Positions 1 through 13,899 are shown, counted from the stretch's first letter. The stretch: DNA of 40,180 nucleotides from Streblomastix strix (GCA_008636045.1 SNRW01000024.1:1-40180); one strand, 5' to 3'. Numbers and translations are program-made. Notes: a model not told the origin generated them from the letters alone.

Positions 1-116
<116 letters not shown>

Positions 117-138
117 TCTTTATATTTATTTCACCAGT

Positions 139-1168
139 CACAAAAGACGTTATGGCTCGATTCCTAGCAAAGGCCTTCAGATACATCCTTGTCTACAGGA
201 AGAGTGATATAAAGCCAAAAGACTATTCAACACAACAAGAGATTACAAATAGGGTTAATGAAGCATATGATATGAAGCATGCAAATGATACGCCTTATGC
301 ACCTTTGGTATTTCCAGAAGGTTTAGAGTTTTTATTTTGATGTTTTCTTATTCTTTTAATTTAATATATATTATAATCCTTTTGTTAAATAAATATTATA
401 AATATAATTTAATATATTCACATTATAATTATTCTTTATTTATTTTATTCACATTATAATTATTCTTTATTTAATATATTTATGTTATAATTATTCTTTA
501 TTTAATATATTCACATTATAATTATTCTTTATTTAATATATTCACATTATAATTATTCTTTATTTAATATATTCACATTATAATTATTCTTTATTTAATA
601 TATTCACATTATAATTATTCTTTATTTAATATATTTATGTTATAATTTTATTATAATTAATATATTCACATTATAACTCATAAAAGGAACAACATCATCA
701 GGCAAATAAGTAACCAGGTTTCATAGGGGTGTTTTTGTAGCTGGAAAACCCATCCGTCCATTCACTATAAATTATCCATCACAACATTTCTCAAACAACT
801 ACGATGCAGTATCAACAATCAGACTCGCTTATGGGATACTAACTCAATTCTACAACAAGTTTGAGATGCATGTATATGATCTATACATACCCAATGAGCA
901 GGAGAGGAATAATCCTGATCTGTATGCTGAGAATGTTGGGAAGTTTATCGCAGGGAAACTTAACAAGCCTTATGTCGATTCAGCTGATTTGAGGACATCA
1001 GAACTGGTTTGCCATATTTTAGTGGACAATAAATATAAACCTGAGGAAATAGATGACGAAATTGCGAAGTTGGATCAAATCAAAAGTTAAGAGAGGCAGA
1101 TCCATAATGATAAGATTGTATAGTCAAGAGAAAATACTGATCAACCGAATATATTGTTGTAAGATTGA
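139..1168 (+). CDS. Lysophospholipid acyltransferase (LPCAT/AGPAT family), last two exons only (139-320, 687-1168)
   Basis: Spliced translation gives LVFPEG|TTSSGKQVTRFHRGVFVAGKPIRPF and later YIPNEQERNNPDLYAENV, typical of LPCAT-like proteins. It reads through TAA/TAG to TGA at 1166-1168. The 5' exons are outside the window. Confidence 0.85.
411..676 (+). repeat. Intronic AT-rich minisatellite, ~31-bp unit AATATATTCACATTATAATTATTCTTTATTT
   Basis: About 8 near-identical tandem copies inside intron 321-686. Confidence 0.85.
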
Positions 1169-1569
1169 GTACATTTTTAAATTTGAGAGTTTTTTTAAAT
1201 TTTTTGAGCTATCTTTCTTTCATCTTAACTAACAATTTTTTATTTGTTTAGCTGTATGAAATTGTTTTTATCTTCCAAAAACTCAATTGTTAAGGATTTA
1301 TGTTTCAATAACTATAAAATAAATAAATAGATTTCTAACTGTTTAATGCCTGATTTGAAATACAATTAAACTCAAAAAATTTATTACTGTTTATTGGACA
1401 ACATTAACAAAGAAAATTATTAATAGGACTATTGAAAAAGATAAGATCCTGATTAAAATGCTCTCAAAAAAATAAAAATATTGAATAATATGAATAAAAT
1501 GCTCTCTTGAACATCTGCTATGAATCAGTTACTGGAGTTAATTTATTCTTCTTCTTCTTAGTTTAATCC

Positions 1570-2800
1570 TCATTTGCTCTGCCTCTTTTTAATCTCAGTT
1601 TTGAACTTGCCAAACCATTGATCTAAAACTCCAACGAATCTATATAACAAATAATTATAATAATTAATAATAAAAATATAATTATAATAATTAATAATAA
1701 AAATATAATCATTGAATATTTAATAATAAAAATCATTGAATATTTATAAAATAGAATAAATACTATAATTAAATGCTATTTTTAGTTAATATTAGTTGAA
1801 TTATATATATTTTATTTTCAAACCCTTGGTTTGCTGCCCAGACTGGCAAAATGCCCTGATTTATATTATGTAAAATATTAAATATAAATAAAATGGAAAT
1901 AAAAAATAAAAATAAGAAATCCATTGTTATTTATCCAATTCATATTCAAACCTTAAGATCTGAACGCATGATATATATTATCTTGGTCTTATTTTCATTG
2001 ATCGGAGTCATTATCCATCCACAGGGATAGCACCATCCTATACAAGGAATTATAATATTAAATTTGTATATTAAGGATTATAAATATTTAATTTAAGAAT
2101 TAATTTAGATTATTAAGAATTATATATATAATAGTAATATTAATTTATAAAATTAAATGTCTATTCAAACCTCTTACTACTCCAGGTTTCTCATCAATCA
2201 ACTTCGCATTTGTTGAACTTCCTGCTGAAATAACAACTCCACTTTCTGTTGGTCTGATTTATAATATTATAAAAAAATAATTAATGGTTACAATTAATAA
2301 TATTAACTATTTAATAATGTAATAATTCCATATAAAATTAAATGTCTATATTATACCTGATCACATTTAATGTTATAAAATCGCGGCTCGAGATGACTCC
2401 TCCAATAACAGACTTTGATTAGTTGTAACAAGCATGGTATCCATTCTCGCCTCTCCACAGCTGAAAAAAAACATAAATAAATAAATATTAATATTATATA
2501 ATGATAAAAATATGTGCAAACTATATGGTAGTTCTCCATTGTAGTTTCCCATTTCACACGTGAGTCTGCATCGTTGACAATATCGGAACACAGCTAAACT
2601 GATGCATCAACTTCGCCATCTCCGCGGAACTCAATAATATTCTTAGCCTAATCATCGCAAACTCTACTATATACAATAACTCCATCATTTTTATTGTTTT
2701 TCTCTTCTTTCCAACCAGTGCTCGTAGGATTATCGGCAATTTATTTCAGATATTCCCAATCCTTATCTGCTTATGCTAAATCAAGTCCTTTTTCAGCCAT
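1570..2800 (-). CDS. START-domain lipid-transfer protein, copy A (6 exons)
   Basis: MAEKGLDLAQ..TGWKEEKNNKNDGVIVYSR..DADSRVKWETTM..GGVISSRDFI..PGVVRGWCYPCGWIMTP..KTKIIYIMRSDLKGILPVWAANQG. The W, R..W, SRDF, VRG and DLKG.LP.W motifs match START domains. GT-AG introns, TGA stop. Confidence 0.88.
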
Positions 2801-2900
2801 TTCTTTTCAAATTATTGGAATATCGATATATAAATAAAATAAACAAAATGAAATATGAATATGAATATAGTTATTGGAGAAATTTGCAATGAATAAATTT

Positions 2901-2910
2901 NNNNNNNNNN
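2901..2910. other. Scaffold gap (10 N) with exact 127-bp overlap (2774-2900 = 2911-3037)
   Basis: Direct comparison of the flanks. Confidence 0.95.
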
Positions 2911-3272
2911 TGCTAAATCAAGTCCTTTTTCAGCCATTTCTTTTCAAATTATTGGAATATCGATATATAAATAAAATAAACAAAATGAAATATGAATATG
3001 AATATAGTTATTGGAGAAATTTGCAATGAATAAATTTCTAACTGTTTAATGTTTGATTTGAAATACAATTAAACTCAAAAAATTTATTACTGTTTATTGG
3101 ATAACATTAATAAAGAAAATTATTAATAGGACTATTGAAAAAGATAAGATCCTGATTAAAATGCTCTCAAAAAAATAAAAAAATTGAATAATAAGAATAA
3201 TATGCTCTTTTGAATATCTGCTATAAATCAGTTACTGGAGTTAATTTATTTTTCTTCTTCTAAATTCAATCC

Positions 3273-4471
3273 TCATTTGCTCTGCCTCTTTTTTATCTCA
3301 GTTTTGAACTTGCCAAACCATTGATCTAAAACTCCAACGAATCTATATAACAAATAATTATAATAATTAATAATAAAAATATAATCATTGAATATTTATA
3401 AAAGAGAATTAATACTAAAATTGAACGTTATTTTTAGTTAATATTGATTGAATAATATATTTTTTATTTTCATACCCTTGGTTTGCTGCCCAGACTGGCA
3501 AAATGCCCTGATTAATATTATGTAAAATATTAAATATAAATAAAATTGAACAAAATTCATTGGAAATAAATAAAATAAAAAAAAAAGAAATCCAATGTTA
3601 TTTATCCAATGCATATTCAAACCTTAAGATCTGAACGCATGATATATATTATCTTGGTCTTATTTTCATTGATCGGAGTCATTATCCATCCACAGGGATA
3701 GCACCATCCTATACAAGGAATTATAATATTAAATTTGTATATTAAGGATTATAAATATTTAATTTAAGAATTAATTTAGATTATTAAGAATTATATATAT
3801 AATAGTAATATTAATTTATAAAATTAAATGTCTATTCAAACCTCTTACTACTCCAGGTTTCTCATCAATCAACTTCGCATTTGTTGAACTTCCTGCTGAA
3901 ATAACAACTCCACTTTCTGTTGGTCTGATTTATAATATTATAAAAAAATAATTAATGGTTACAATTAATAATATTAACTATTTAATAATGTAATAATTCC
4001 ATATAAAATTAAATGTCTATATTATACCTGATCACATTTAATGTTATAAAATCGCGGCTCGAGATGACTCCTCCAATAACAGACTTTGATTAGTTGTAAC
4101 AAGCATGGTATCCATTCTCGCCTCTCCACAGCTGAAAAAAAACATAAATAAATAAATATTAATATTATATAATGATAAAAATATGTGCAAACTATATGGT
4201 AGTTCTCCATTGTAGTTTCCCATTTCACACGTGAGTCTGCATCGTTGACAATATCGGAACACAGCTAAACTGATGCATCAACTTCGCCATCTCCGCGGAA
4301 CTCAATAATATTCTTAGCCTAATCATCGCAAACTCTACTATATACAATAACTCCATCATTTTTATTGTTTTTCTCTTCTTTCCAACCAGTGCTCGTAGGA
4401 TTATCGGCAATTTATTTCAGATATTCCCAATCCTTATCTGCTTATGCTAAATCAAGTCCTTTTTCAGCCAT
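3273..4471 (-). CDS. START-domain lipid-transfer protein, copy B (tandem duplicate)
   Basis: Same protein as copy A. Differences are confined to the 3' introns, the 3' UTR and a synonymous Ile codon. Confidence 0.88.
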
Positions 4472-4673
4472 TTCTTTTCAAATTATTGGAATATCGATAT
4501 ATAAATAAAATAAACAAAATGAAATATGAATATGAATATAGTTATTGGAGAAATTTGCAATGAATAAATTTACTTAATTTTTATGGCAGAAACACCGAAC
4601 TAAACTAAAATTTTACAAGAAAACAATCAAAAAGGTCATTTATGTTTAAATTTTATAAAATATTTATTTTATT

Positions 4674-5421
4674 TCAATGACCTGCGCTTTTCGATCCCTT
4701 TCCAGTTTCTTCTCTGACAATTTTTTCCAGCACAAAGCAGTCAGGTGGATTCAGATTGCTGTAGTATCCCTTCTCCTCCTTAACATTCACAAACCCAAAA
4801 GCGTTTTCGTAGAATTTGATCGCTGCCACATTGAGCGTGTGAACATTCAAGTAAATTCGTTTGATGTATGAATTCTGCTTTGCGAAGTTTATGATGTAGT
4901 TCATAAGATATGACCCTGAATCAAGTCAGAATGTACAATAATAAATAAATAAAATTAGTAATGTTTTTTATCCTCATTTAGCAAACCAATCTTCATTCTA
5001 CGATATGGTTTAAGCACAGTTATTGACATTACATACAAATCAACGTTGTTCTCAATCCTTGTGCAGACTCCTCCAACAAGAACATCGTTGAAATACACTA
5101 TATTTATATAAGAAATGAAAATGTGATTCATAATTTAAATATGAAATTAATTATTAATTGGTAAAAAAAAAAGAATTTGAAAATAAAAACAAAAGCAAAA
5201 CCTAATCGAGTTAATCTCGAATCTCTTTATAGCACTTGCTCATAGAAATAATGCCGGTATCGTACAGGAAGACAAGCAATATTCAGTGCACGAAGGGTGG
5301 CTATATTCTTCTGAGTTGGTGTCCCAAAGGAAAATTTGTTCCGAAGTTCCTCAGGAAGGACAATTCGCGCTTCAAGTTCGCGGGGGTCTGTTTCATCAAG
5401 CACAACTGTTCTCTTGCTCAT
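4674..5421 (-). CDS. NAA50: N-alpha-acetyltransferase 50 (NatE catalytic subunit, GNAT), 3 exons
   Basis: TQKNIATLRALNIACLPVRYRHYFYEQVL..VYFNDVLVGGVCTRIE..LYVMSITVLKPYRRMKIGS..IYLNVHTLNVAAIKFYE..FGF..KGYYSNLNPPDCFVLEK follows the Naa50 consensus. Confidence 0.88.
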
Positions 5422-6055
5422 TTAGTATAAAAACAAGGGCTGATAAATTTAAAAATAAAAATTAATATGAAACAATTAAAATCACAATAGTAAACTTAAA
5501 ATTAAAGATTGATATGTTTAATGTTAAGATAAAGCTGATAAGATTTATAATAACTCAAGTAAGCAAAATTTTCAAGCGTAAAATAAGATAATTTTGCAAG
5601 AAATAGTATTTTAATATAAATACATTCATTCTTCACAAGTTATTTGAAATTTATTAAATAAAATTAAAATCGAAATAATTGATGGATTTATTAATAAATA
5701 CATAGAATTTAAGGAATATAAGTAGTAACAGTGAAAATAATTGCAAATAAGACAAATAAAATAGTAAGAGTAAATGAGTTGGCTCATAAAATCAATTTCA
5801 AAAATAGAAGCAAAGTAATATGAATTATAAATAAATATGCAATTAAATGGAATAAAAAAAACTTAGTTGAATTCAATTAAATAAATTATTTTATTAGGAT
5901 TTTGTTCTGAACAAAAATAAATCGATATTAAGCCAATATGCTTAAAGAATAGATGTTATCAATAAAAATAATTATAAATAATATTGCTTAAATTTTAGAA
6001 TTTTATTTAATTTATTTAAATCTTCATCAACGAACGAAGAGAATAATCCGAAAAA

Positions 6056-8839
6056 ATGCATCTAACATTCTTGACTGTGGCATTTACACTCGTTGCAATT
6101 ATTGAAGGATCGCAACTGTTTGGAATCTATGAAGAAACCGATTAAAATGAATACGAAGAACTTAATGTAGAGCGAAGAAACAGTGTGAACCCTGTCCTGC
6201 TTGTCCCTGGTATTTTTAATAAATAATATTTGCAAGATTGAATTAATTTAACAATTAAAATATTATATTTTTTATAAACTATTAAATTTTTTTTCAAAAC
6301 AATAATTAATTCTCATTTTTTTTATATTTTGTTTCTAGGACTCGGTGGAAGTCAATTAGAGTACCGGAAGAAAGACAAAACATCATCAAGTTATGAGACA
6401 TTGTGGCTATCATTTTGGAAAATGATCGATGGCGATAAAGGTTATCGCCGTGATGTAAGCGTCGTTTATAATATGACTTCGAACACATTTTCTTCCTAAC
6501 CAGACTTAGACGTACATCCAGTTGATTTTGGTGGTGTTGATGTATGATTATCATTTTTATGTACTTATTTTCTATTTATATTTTACTATTAATTTAGGGA
6601 ATAAGCACAGTTGTTCCCCATTTCTCAATAATTGCTGGTTATTATGACAAACTTGTGGATAATTTGAAGAAGGCTGGATATACTGTGGGGTAGAACTTAT
6701 TTGGAATTCCAGTATTAAACAAAATTTCATTGAAAAATTATTTGAATTTTATTTTAAGTAATTTTTCTTTTCTCTCATTATTAATAATTAATTAAATCTA
6801 ATAAACATTAAATTATCATTTATTTATTTCTTACTTAATTAATTAATTAACTCAGTTTGATTTCAGGATAATGACCCCATAGCAACTTGCCAAAAGCGGA
6901 GTTTACAGCCAAGTTAAAAGACTGATTGAAAAAGCCTATATTATGAATGGGAATAAGAGGATACATTTAGTTGGTCACAGTGAAGGTAATATGCAATATT
7001 ATATTAAATAGGAAATTAAATAGGAAAGTGTAATATAGATGAATTTATATTTATGTTTTATGTTTTATATTGTATTAAATTCATTAATTATTTTCAATGA
7101 ATTTCTTTTCATACTTTACATAATTTAAATTAATATTAATATATAAATAGGATGTTCATTCTTACACCAATTCATTACATCCTTCATTAATGACGTTTCA
7201 TGGACTAACAAATATATTGCTTCAATGAATTTGGTATCTCCTGTATTCGGTGGGGCAACTATAGTATGATTGAATAGAAATAAACATACTAATAGTTTAA
7301 TATATTAATTTTATTTAGTAATTAATTAATAAATTAGAATAAATTGTTAATTAATCGTTTATTTTTTCATTTATTTATTTATTTTTAATTTCAATATCTA
7401 ATTCTTAATCATATAATATATTATTGCAGGCACTTGCATTCGCTGCTGGACCCAAGAAATGGGTTGTTCCAACAATGAGCGCTGAACATACACATGAAGT
7501 AGTTAAGTTCTTTGCTGGTTTAATATTTAAATAATAGTAAACATTTTTATTAATTTATTTAATAATAATTATATTATTATTTATTATTATTTATTTATTA
7601 TTAAACTATATCATAATAGGAGTATATTGGATGCTTCCAAATGAAAATGCCTTCATTTCTGAATAAACTCAAAAATAATAGTAATAAAATTAAGAAAATG
7701 ATAATAATGATGATAGTTCAATAATAGCAACAGTTGAAATTGTATCAGAAAAGAAAGAAAATTAATAAATAAATGAAGATGAATAAAAATCAGATTATTA
7801 AGATATTGAATATAATAAAAAGAAAAATGAAACAACATCAACAATATATCCAATTTCAGTGAAGAATATTACATGGATGTTTGATTCTACTGGAAGGTAA
7901 GAAAAAATAATAATAGTTTATAATAAGTATTATAATCAATATAAATATTATAGAATGAAAGAATAACTCTTACATATAAAATAAAATATAATTTAAATTT
8001 CCTTATTTAATTTAAATTTCAATATTTGTACTATTGTATATTATTTATAATAACTAGGGCAGATCAAGCAGAAGCAGTGAGACAGATGCAAACTATTACT
8101 AATGAACCACCCAAAGGTTTAACTCAATAATAATTAATGAAGAAAATGATTTAATTACATTTTATTAATCATTTTTTCATTAGTTACATTATTTTATTAT
8201 TATTTGTCATTTCAATTTTAATTTTATTGTTATTATTTGTCATTTTATTATGTCAGCACCCAATATGAAAGTAAGTTTGCATTATGGAGTCGGTCTAAAA
8301 ACAATGGTTCGACTTGAATACAAAGGAAAATAGTATCAGTAATCCAATAAAGATGACACTAATACAAATAAAGAAGATTATGATTCAAATAGTGAATATA
8401 ATAGTGAATCTAATAGTGAATATAATAATAAAGAAATTGATTATTGGTGGATGAATGAACCAAAGGAGATCAATGGAGATGGTGATGGAACAGTTCCTAT
8501 TCAATCTTTCTAAGGTTATATTATTTGAAAATTATTATTAATAATTTATTGAATGTTAATTGAAATTGTATTTTATATACTTTTTTATTTATTATTTTTG
8601 TGTATATTCAATTTTTGTTGATTAGTTCCTCAGAAATGGAAAAATGAGCAAAAATAAGAAGTAACTTGGGAAGAGTACCATAAAGTTGAGCATGTTAAGT
8701 ATGCTTTTGTAATAATATTATTTCTTAATATGAAATTTAATTATATTTATTTTATATTTATAAAATCAGTATATTGAAAGATTCGAAGCTCATTCTAAGA
8801 ATAATTGATATAGTAACTTAAGATGAAGAAACGAAGTGA
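6056..8839 (+). CDS. LCAT / lysosomal phospholipase A2 (PLA2G15) family acyltransferase, multi-exon, probable signal peptide
   Basis: Hydrophobic N-terminus MHLTFLTVAFTLVAIIEG, PVLLVPGLGGSQLE, DFGGVDGI, GYTVGQNLFGIPFDFR, nucleophile elbow HLVGHSEG (about 6964-6987), GDGDGTVP (about 8475-8498), EHV. TGA at 8837-8839. Confidence 0.9.
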
Positions 8840-9358
8840 AAGATTGGAATATCGATACATTTATTTTCTTTCACTCTTTTTTACCATAATCACACATTCT
8901 AAATTTTTTTATGCTAAAGTAGGATACATACATTTTTCTTCTTCCTTATTATTAATCTCATTTTAGTAATTGCTCTATTATTTTTTACTCATTATTTCTT
9001 ATCCTCTTTTCTCTGAAATTTGTAGAATGAATGTATAGAGTGTAATTTTTCCCCTTTATTTTTGTTATTTTTTTTAAATTATGAAAATAAATGCGAATAA
9101 GTAATTACTTCTCCTTTATATTTTTTGTATTTCTATGATTGCATTCTACTTTATAAATGGAACTATTCAAAATTAATCAATGTTAATGAATTATTTTTTC
9201 ATATTTACTGAATAAAAAACAAATTATTTTATAGAGTTTGGCAGATAAATAAATAATGAAGCTTTAATTGTGATAATTAGAAGTAATATTGTAATATTTA
9301 TTTAATTTCAGTTGATAATCAGTTAACAAAGGATCAAAACGAATTGATTTGGTAATAT

Positions 9359-9508
9359 AAAGCAACTCTTGTGTAGTGATTTGGAAATAAAAAGCAACTC
9401 TTGTGTAGTGATTTGGAAATAAAAAGCAACTCTTGTGTAGTGATTTGTAAATAAAAAGCAACTCTTGTGTAGTGATTTGGAAATAAAAAGCAACTCTTGT
9501 GTAGTGAT
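9359..9508. repeat. 32-bp tandem repeat x5 (AAAGCAACTCTTGTGTAGTGATTTGGAAATAA)
   Basis: The AGCAACTC core starts at 9361, 9393, 9425, 9457 and 9489, with no spacers. Confidence 0.95.
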
Positions 9509-9560
9509 GTTTGAATAATGCATCTTTTTAGATATGATCTTTCTAATCTAATTAGATTCA

Positions 9561-12500
9561 TCATTATCCTCCCAAATTAGCTGCTACTTCTGGAATGGAA
9601 AGGATTTCTTCTGCTGAAATGCGCCGAGATGGATCCTGATTTATTAATTTGAATATAAATAAATAAATAAATAAATAAATAGAAATCATTATAATGTATT
9701 TAATAAACAAATCAATTAAATACCTTTGAAAGCATCGCTTTGATCAACTTCCTCAGACTATCTGGATAATGTGAAGGAAGTTCAGGTGCTTCTTCATCAA
9801 CAATCCTACGAACAATCTCAAGTTCAGATAAGTCTGCAGATTCATCCTTTTAGATATTAAATATTGAATAATAAGAATAAGAATAATAAGAATAATATAA
9901 TAAAGGATAATTTCTTATTAATTTACATACATCATTGCCAATGAATGGATGATGTTGTGCAAGGAGTTCGTAGAGCATGACTCCAATGGCATATATATCA
10001 GCGCCTTTTGTTTACATTCTTTTCCTGGAATAAATAAATACGAATATAAAATATTTATTAATAAATATAAATAAAAATAAATATTACATATAACATGATA
10101 ATGAATTATTAAATAAGATAAGTTAAGTTAATTAATAATCATAATTAATAAATATATATTATATACTGTTGAGGTTATCTTCCTGCAGCTCCAACTTGTA
10201 CAGTTTCTGCTCGAAGAAGTTCCGGCGGAAGATAGAATCTGAAATATTATATAAATAAATATTAAAAATAGATTTCCTAATAAATGTTATTATATTCATA
10301 TTTAATATCATACGTTGTGCCTCCGTGATGTGTCAAATATTCTTTTCCTTGTTGGAGCTTCCTCGACAATCCGAAGTCAGCTGATATTCAAAATAAATAA
10401 TAATAATAATAAATAAATTAATTAATTTTCATAATAATAATAATTATATATTAATATTCTAAATTGATTTATATACAAAACAAACCCAACTTCACTTTGA
10501 TGTCTTCTGTGAGCAACACATTCTCAGGTTTTAAATCCATGTGCATTATTCCATTCACATGAAGTTGGTAAACAGCAGATACAATTGAACTCACAAATTC
10601 CCAGCATTTCTGTTTGACAATATAATATATTATTGATTGATTGATTAAATGATACATAATATAATTATCAAGTATAAATATAATTATTATATAATCAAAC
10701 CTTAGCACCAATTTCAGCACCAATTCTCTGTAGATTCTTTATGTAACCACGCAAATCACCTCCTGAACACAGTTCCATCACAAGATATGCTTTATCTTCA
10801 TCTTCATTCACAAAGAATCCAAGCGGTTCAACAACATGAATGAATTGTGATTAATGTGCTGATTATCTAATTATCCTTATAATATCCTTCATTACTTCAA
10901 TTTCTCTGTTCATCATTGATTTTAATTCTTCTGTATCATAATCACATTCTTTTATGGCTACAATTCTTTATGTCCTGATTTCTTACATACTAAATACAGT
11001 TCCAAATCTTCCTCTTCCAATCTTCTTGAGCTTTTTGACTGATTATTATTATAATATGAAATAAAATTTATAATTAATAAATATTTAAATATTATTAATC
11101 GTAACGATTATAAATATTATTAATTCATACAATCAGATAACTTCCAAGTTGTATTAAAAGCAGGAATCAGTTAAGAAGATGAATAAGATTATGGAACAGG
11201 AAGAGATGGCTAAATGGCTTAATGAGTAGAAGGAATAATTGTATTTGGTTATTATTATTATTTTGGTTTTATTTGATATTAAGGTTATTGGATTTATTAT
11301 TTTGGTTATTGGATTTGTTGTACTACACTTGAAAATGCAACACTTTCTCCAGGAAGAACAAATTCTCTGTTAATTTATGATAATGGTGGTTGAAAAGGAA
11401 TAAAATGTGGATTAAATGGTTATTATTAAGGTAAAATATTCATAGTGGGTGGAATATATTACATTTATTATACTATAGGTTATTATTAATTTAATCCAAA
11501 TTATTAGTAGATTTGTTGAAGATTAATATCAAGATCATAGTTTAGTGCACTTTTGATCTCAGACTTACAAAATGTAAAAGATGGATTTATATCATATTAA
11601 GTGATACTTTTGTTTCCATTCTATTTAGCTTATAATGCAGAACTTGCAACTTATTTAGCTTCTGCGCTAATTTCTAATTGTGCTTAAGGACCTGTGAAAT
11701 AAGGATGTTGAAGTGCTTATTCTGCTGTAAGACGCTTAGTCCGATCAAATGCAAGAAGATGAATAAGAAGATCCCAGAGCAAGTTATCTTGAATAGTTGA
11801 AGGTCGATTTATGGTCTTTTATCGTATAAAACTTTTTAAGAAAAAAAAATTAAAAATAATAAATAATCTATAATTCAATTTTTCTTTCAAATTTCAAACT
11901 TCAACAAATCTGAAATACTCGTCGCTTTAATTGGATGTTCATGTCCTGCTAGTTGGAATAACACAACTCCAACAGACCAGACATCAGTCTAATTCAATTA
12001 ATAATAAATAATAATACAAATAAATACAATTAATAATATTTAATAACAAAGAAGTAAAAAAAAGTTATTTATTCATAATTTAATCTAATTCATACTTTTG
12101 CATCAACTTTTCTATCACCAATAACTTATTCGGGTGCTTTACTAAGATATCTTTTTAAACTATAACTATATAAGAAATTAATGCTAATAATTTAATATAA
12201 TAATTATTGCAAACATCGTCTCACCATATATTTCTCTTTCCCTTCGTTCTTCAGGTTTAACCATATCAATACCTACAATTTTCACAATCTAAAAGTAAAA
12301 ATGAATTATTTAGAATATATAATAATATTTTTATATATTAAATTAACAAATATTCCACACAACATGATTAGATCCAGAAGGGCAGTGCAGTAAAACATTT
12401 TCACTTCTGATGTTTCTGGATATATTAAAAAATAATCAAATAATGAAATATAATCATATTAGAATACCCATGAACAAAGCCCTTTGAGTGGACAAATCTT

Positions 12501-13237
12501 AAACCCTCAACTATTAGAAAATGGATAATAAATAGAAATAAAAAAAATAATTAAAAAAAAAAATCATACAGAGTTATTTTGCAATTGCTCGAAGTGTCCC
12601 AGCAGAAAGCACAGCTTTTTATTTAATGATGAGATTAAGATTCTGGAAAATAAATAAATTTTAATTAAGATGAAAAGTGTAATAGTTGGATGAAAATTAA
12701 TTTAAGCAAACTTTCATATTGGCAAAATCCATCAAGATTATTTCCCATTCATCAACTTATTTTGATGCATGATATTTCACCACAAATGGAATTGGCTCTC
12801 CTCTTAGATATTACAAAATAAAATATAAATATAAATATAAAGAAATATCAAAAAAACTAGTTAATACTCTTAGAGAATTCCTAACTTGTTCCAACTGTCA
12901 ATATCAAAGTCAGCACTTTTCATAACCTTTGCAGCTACAAGCCCAGTCTGTATACTATGTACAAGAAATATCCTAAATATGAAAATTATTACAAATAACT
13001 TTCAAAATAATTTTTTTAAGGGAAAAAATATCATACATTTCATATTGTTCTTCATCTTAATAAAATTATAAAAAATAATTCAAATATATGTAGCAAAAAT
13101 TAGCTAATTAAGCACACCTATATCTTTTAAAATCTGCAATAATTCAATAAAATTGAAGTACTTATGTTAATGAAGAAGAGAAAGTATCACAGATATACCT
13201 AGAATCCTTGTTTTTATAATAATTCTAATTATTCCAT
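9561..13237 (-). CDS. Dual-domain Ser/Thr kinase: N-terminal pseudokinase, Q/P-rich linker, C-terminal intact kinase; many exons
   Basis: Starts MEQLELLQKQGFQ. Domain 1: VAAKVM, VHGNIRSEN, VKIVGID, APE, DVWSVG, RLTAEQALQHPYF. Domain 2: GRGRFG, VAIKE, HMDLKPEN, ADFG, YLPPE, DIYAIG, DPSRRISAEEIL. TGA stop. The 5' exon structure is a manual inference. Confidence 0.88.
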
Positions 13238-13899
13238 AATCTGGTATCTTCAAATGAATTTTGGCAAAAACTATTATTTAAGTATATAAAAAAATAATTC
13301 AAATTTGAATAAGAAATTTGTTAAAATATAGTACAGAGCTCAAAAAACATGATTTAAATAATAAAAAATAAAACCTGCTTGTTAAAGACACGTACTGGTT
13401 GTAGAATAAAACATTATTGTCAATTTTAGATTTAAAAATAAAATGGCATGAGTTTAAATATTTGAATTATACATTTGTAGTTGGCATATGGCAAGGAAAA
13501 TCAATAAAAAAATAATTAAAGATTAAGAATACGAATTTTATTATAAATAGTCTAAAAAATCTGTCATTGCATTACATTTTAACTTCATTATTTAATAAGT
13601 CATAATACTAATCAAGGAAACACAAACTCGATTTTTTTGAATTATTTCGACCTACAAATGCTGATAAATCATATTTAATATTTCATGCTCAATAAAAAGA
13701 TACATTTTGCAGTTTTATTATATTATTATAATAAGATACTTGCATACTATTCGTTTTTTTGAAGAATAATACAATTTTTTGAAATAAATGCAATCCAGGC
13801 TTCTTCTAAATCATAATTTATTTATTTATAAATATTTTTTAATTTAATATTTTTTTAAAAAAAATTTATTTAACAAATATCAGAAAGATGAAATTTGTT

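Noticed and set aside
9359..9508. 32-bp repeats as a CRISPR array
   Set aside because: The units are contiguous with no unique spacers, there are no cas genes, and the context is eukaryotic.
9264..9564. Three overlapping repetitive ORFs
   Set aside because: They are translations of the 32-bp tandem repeat in three frames.
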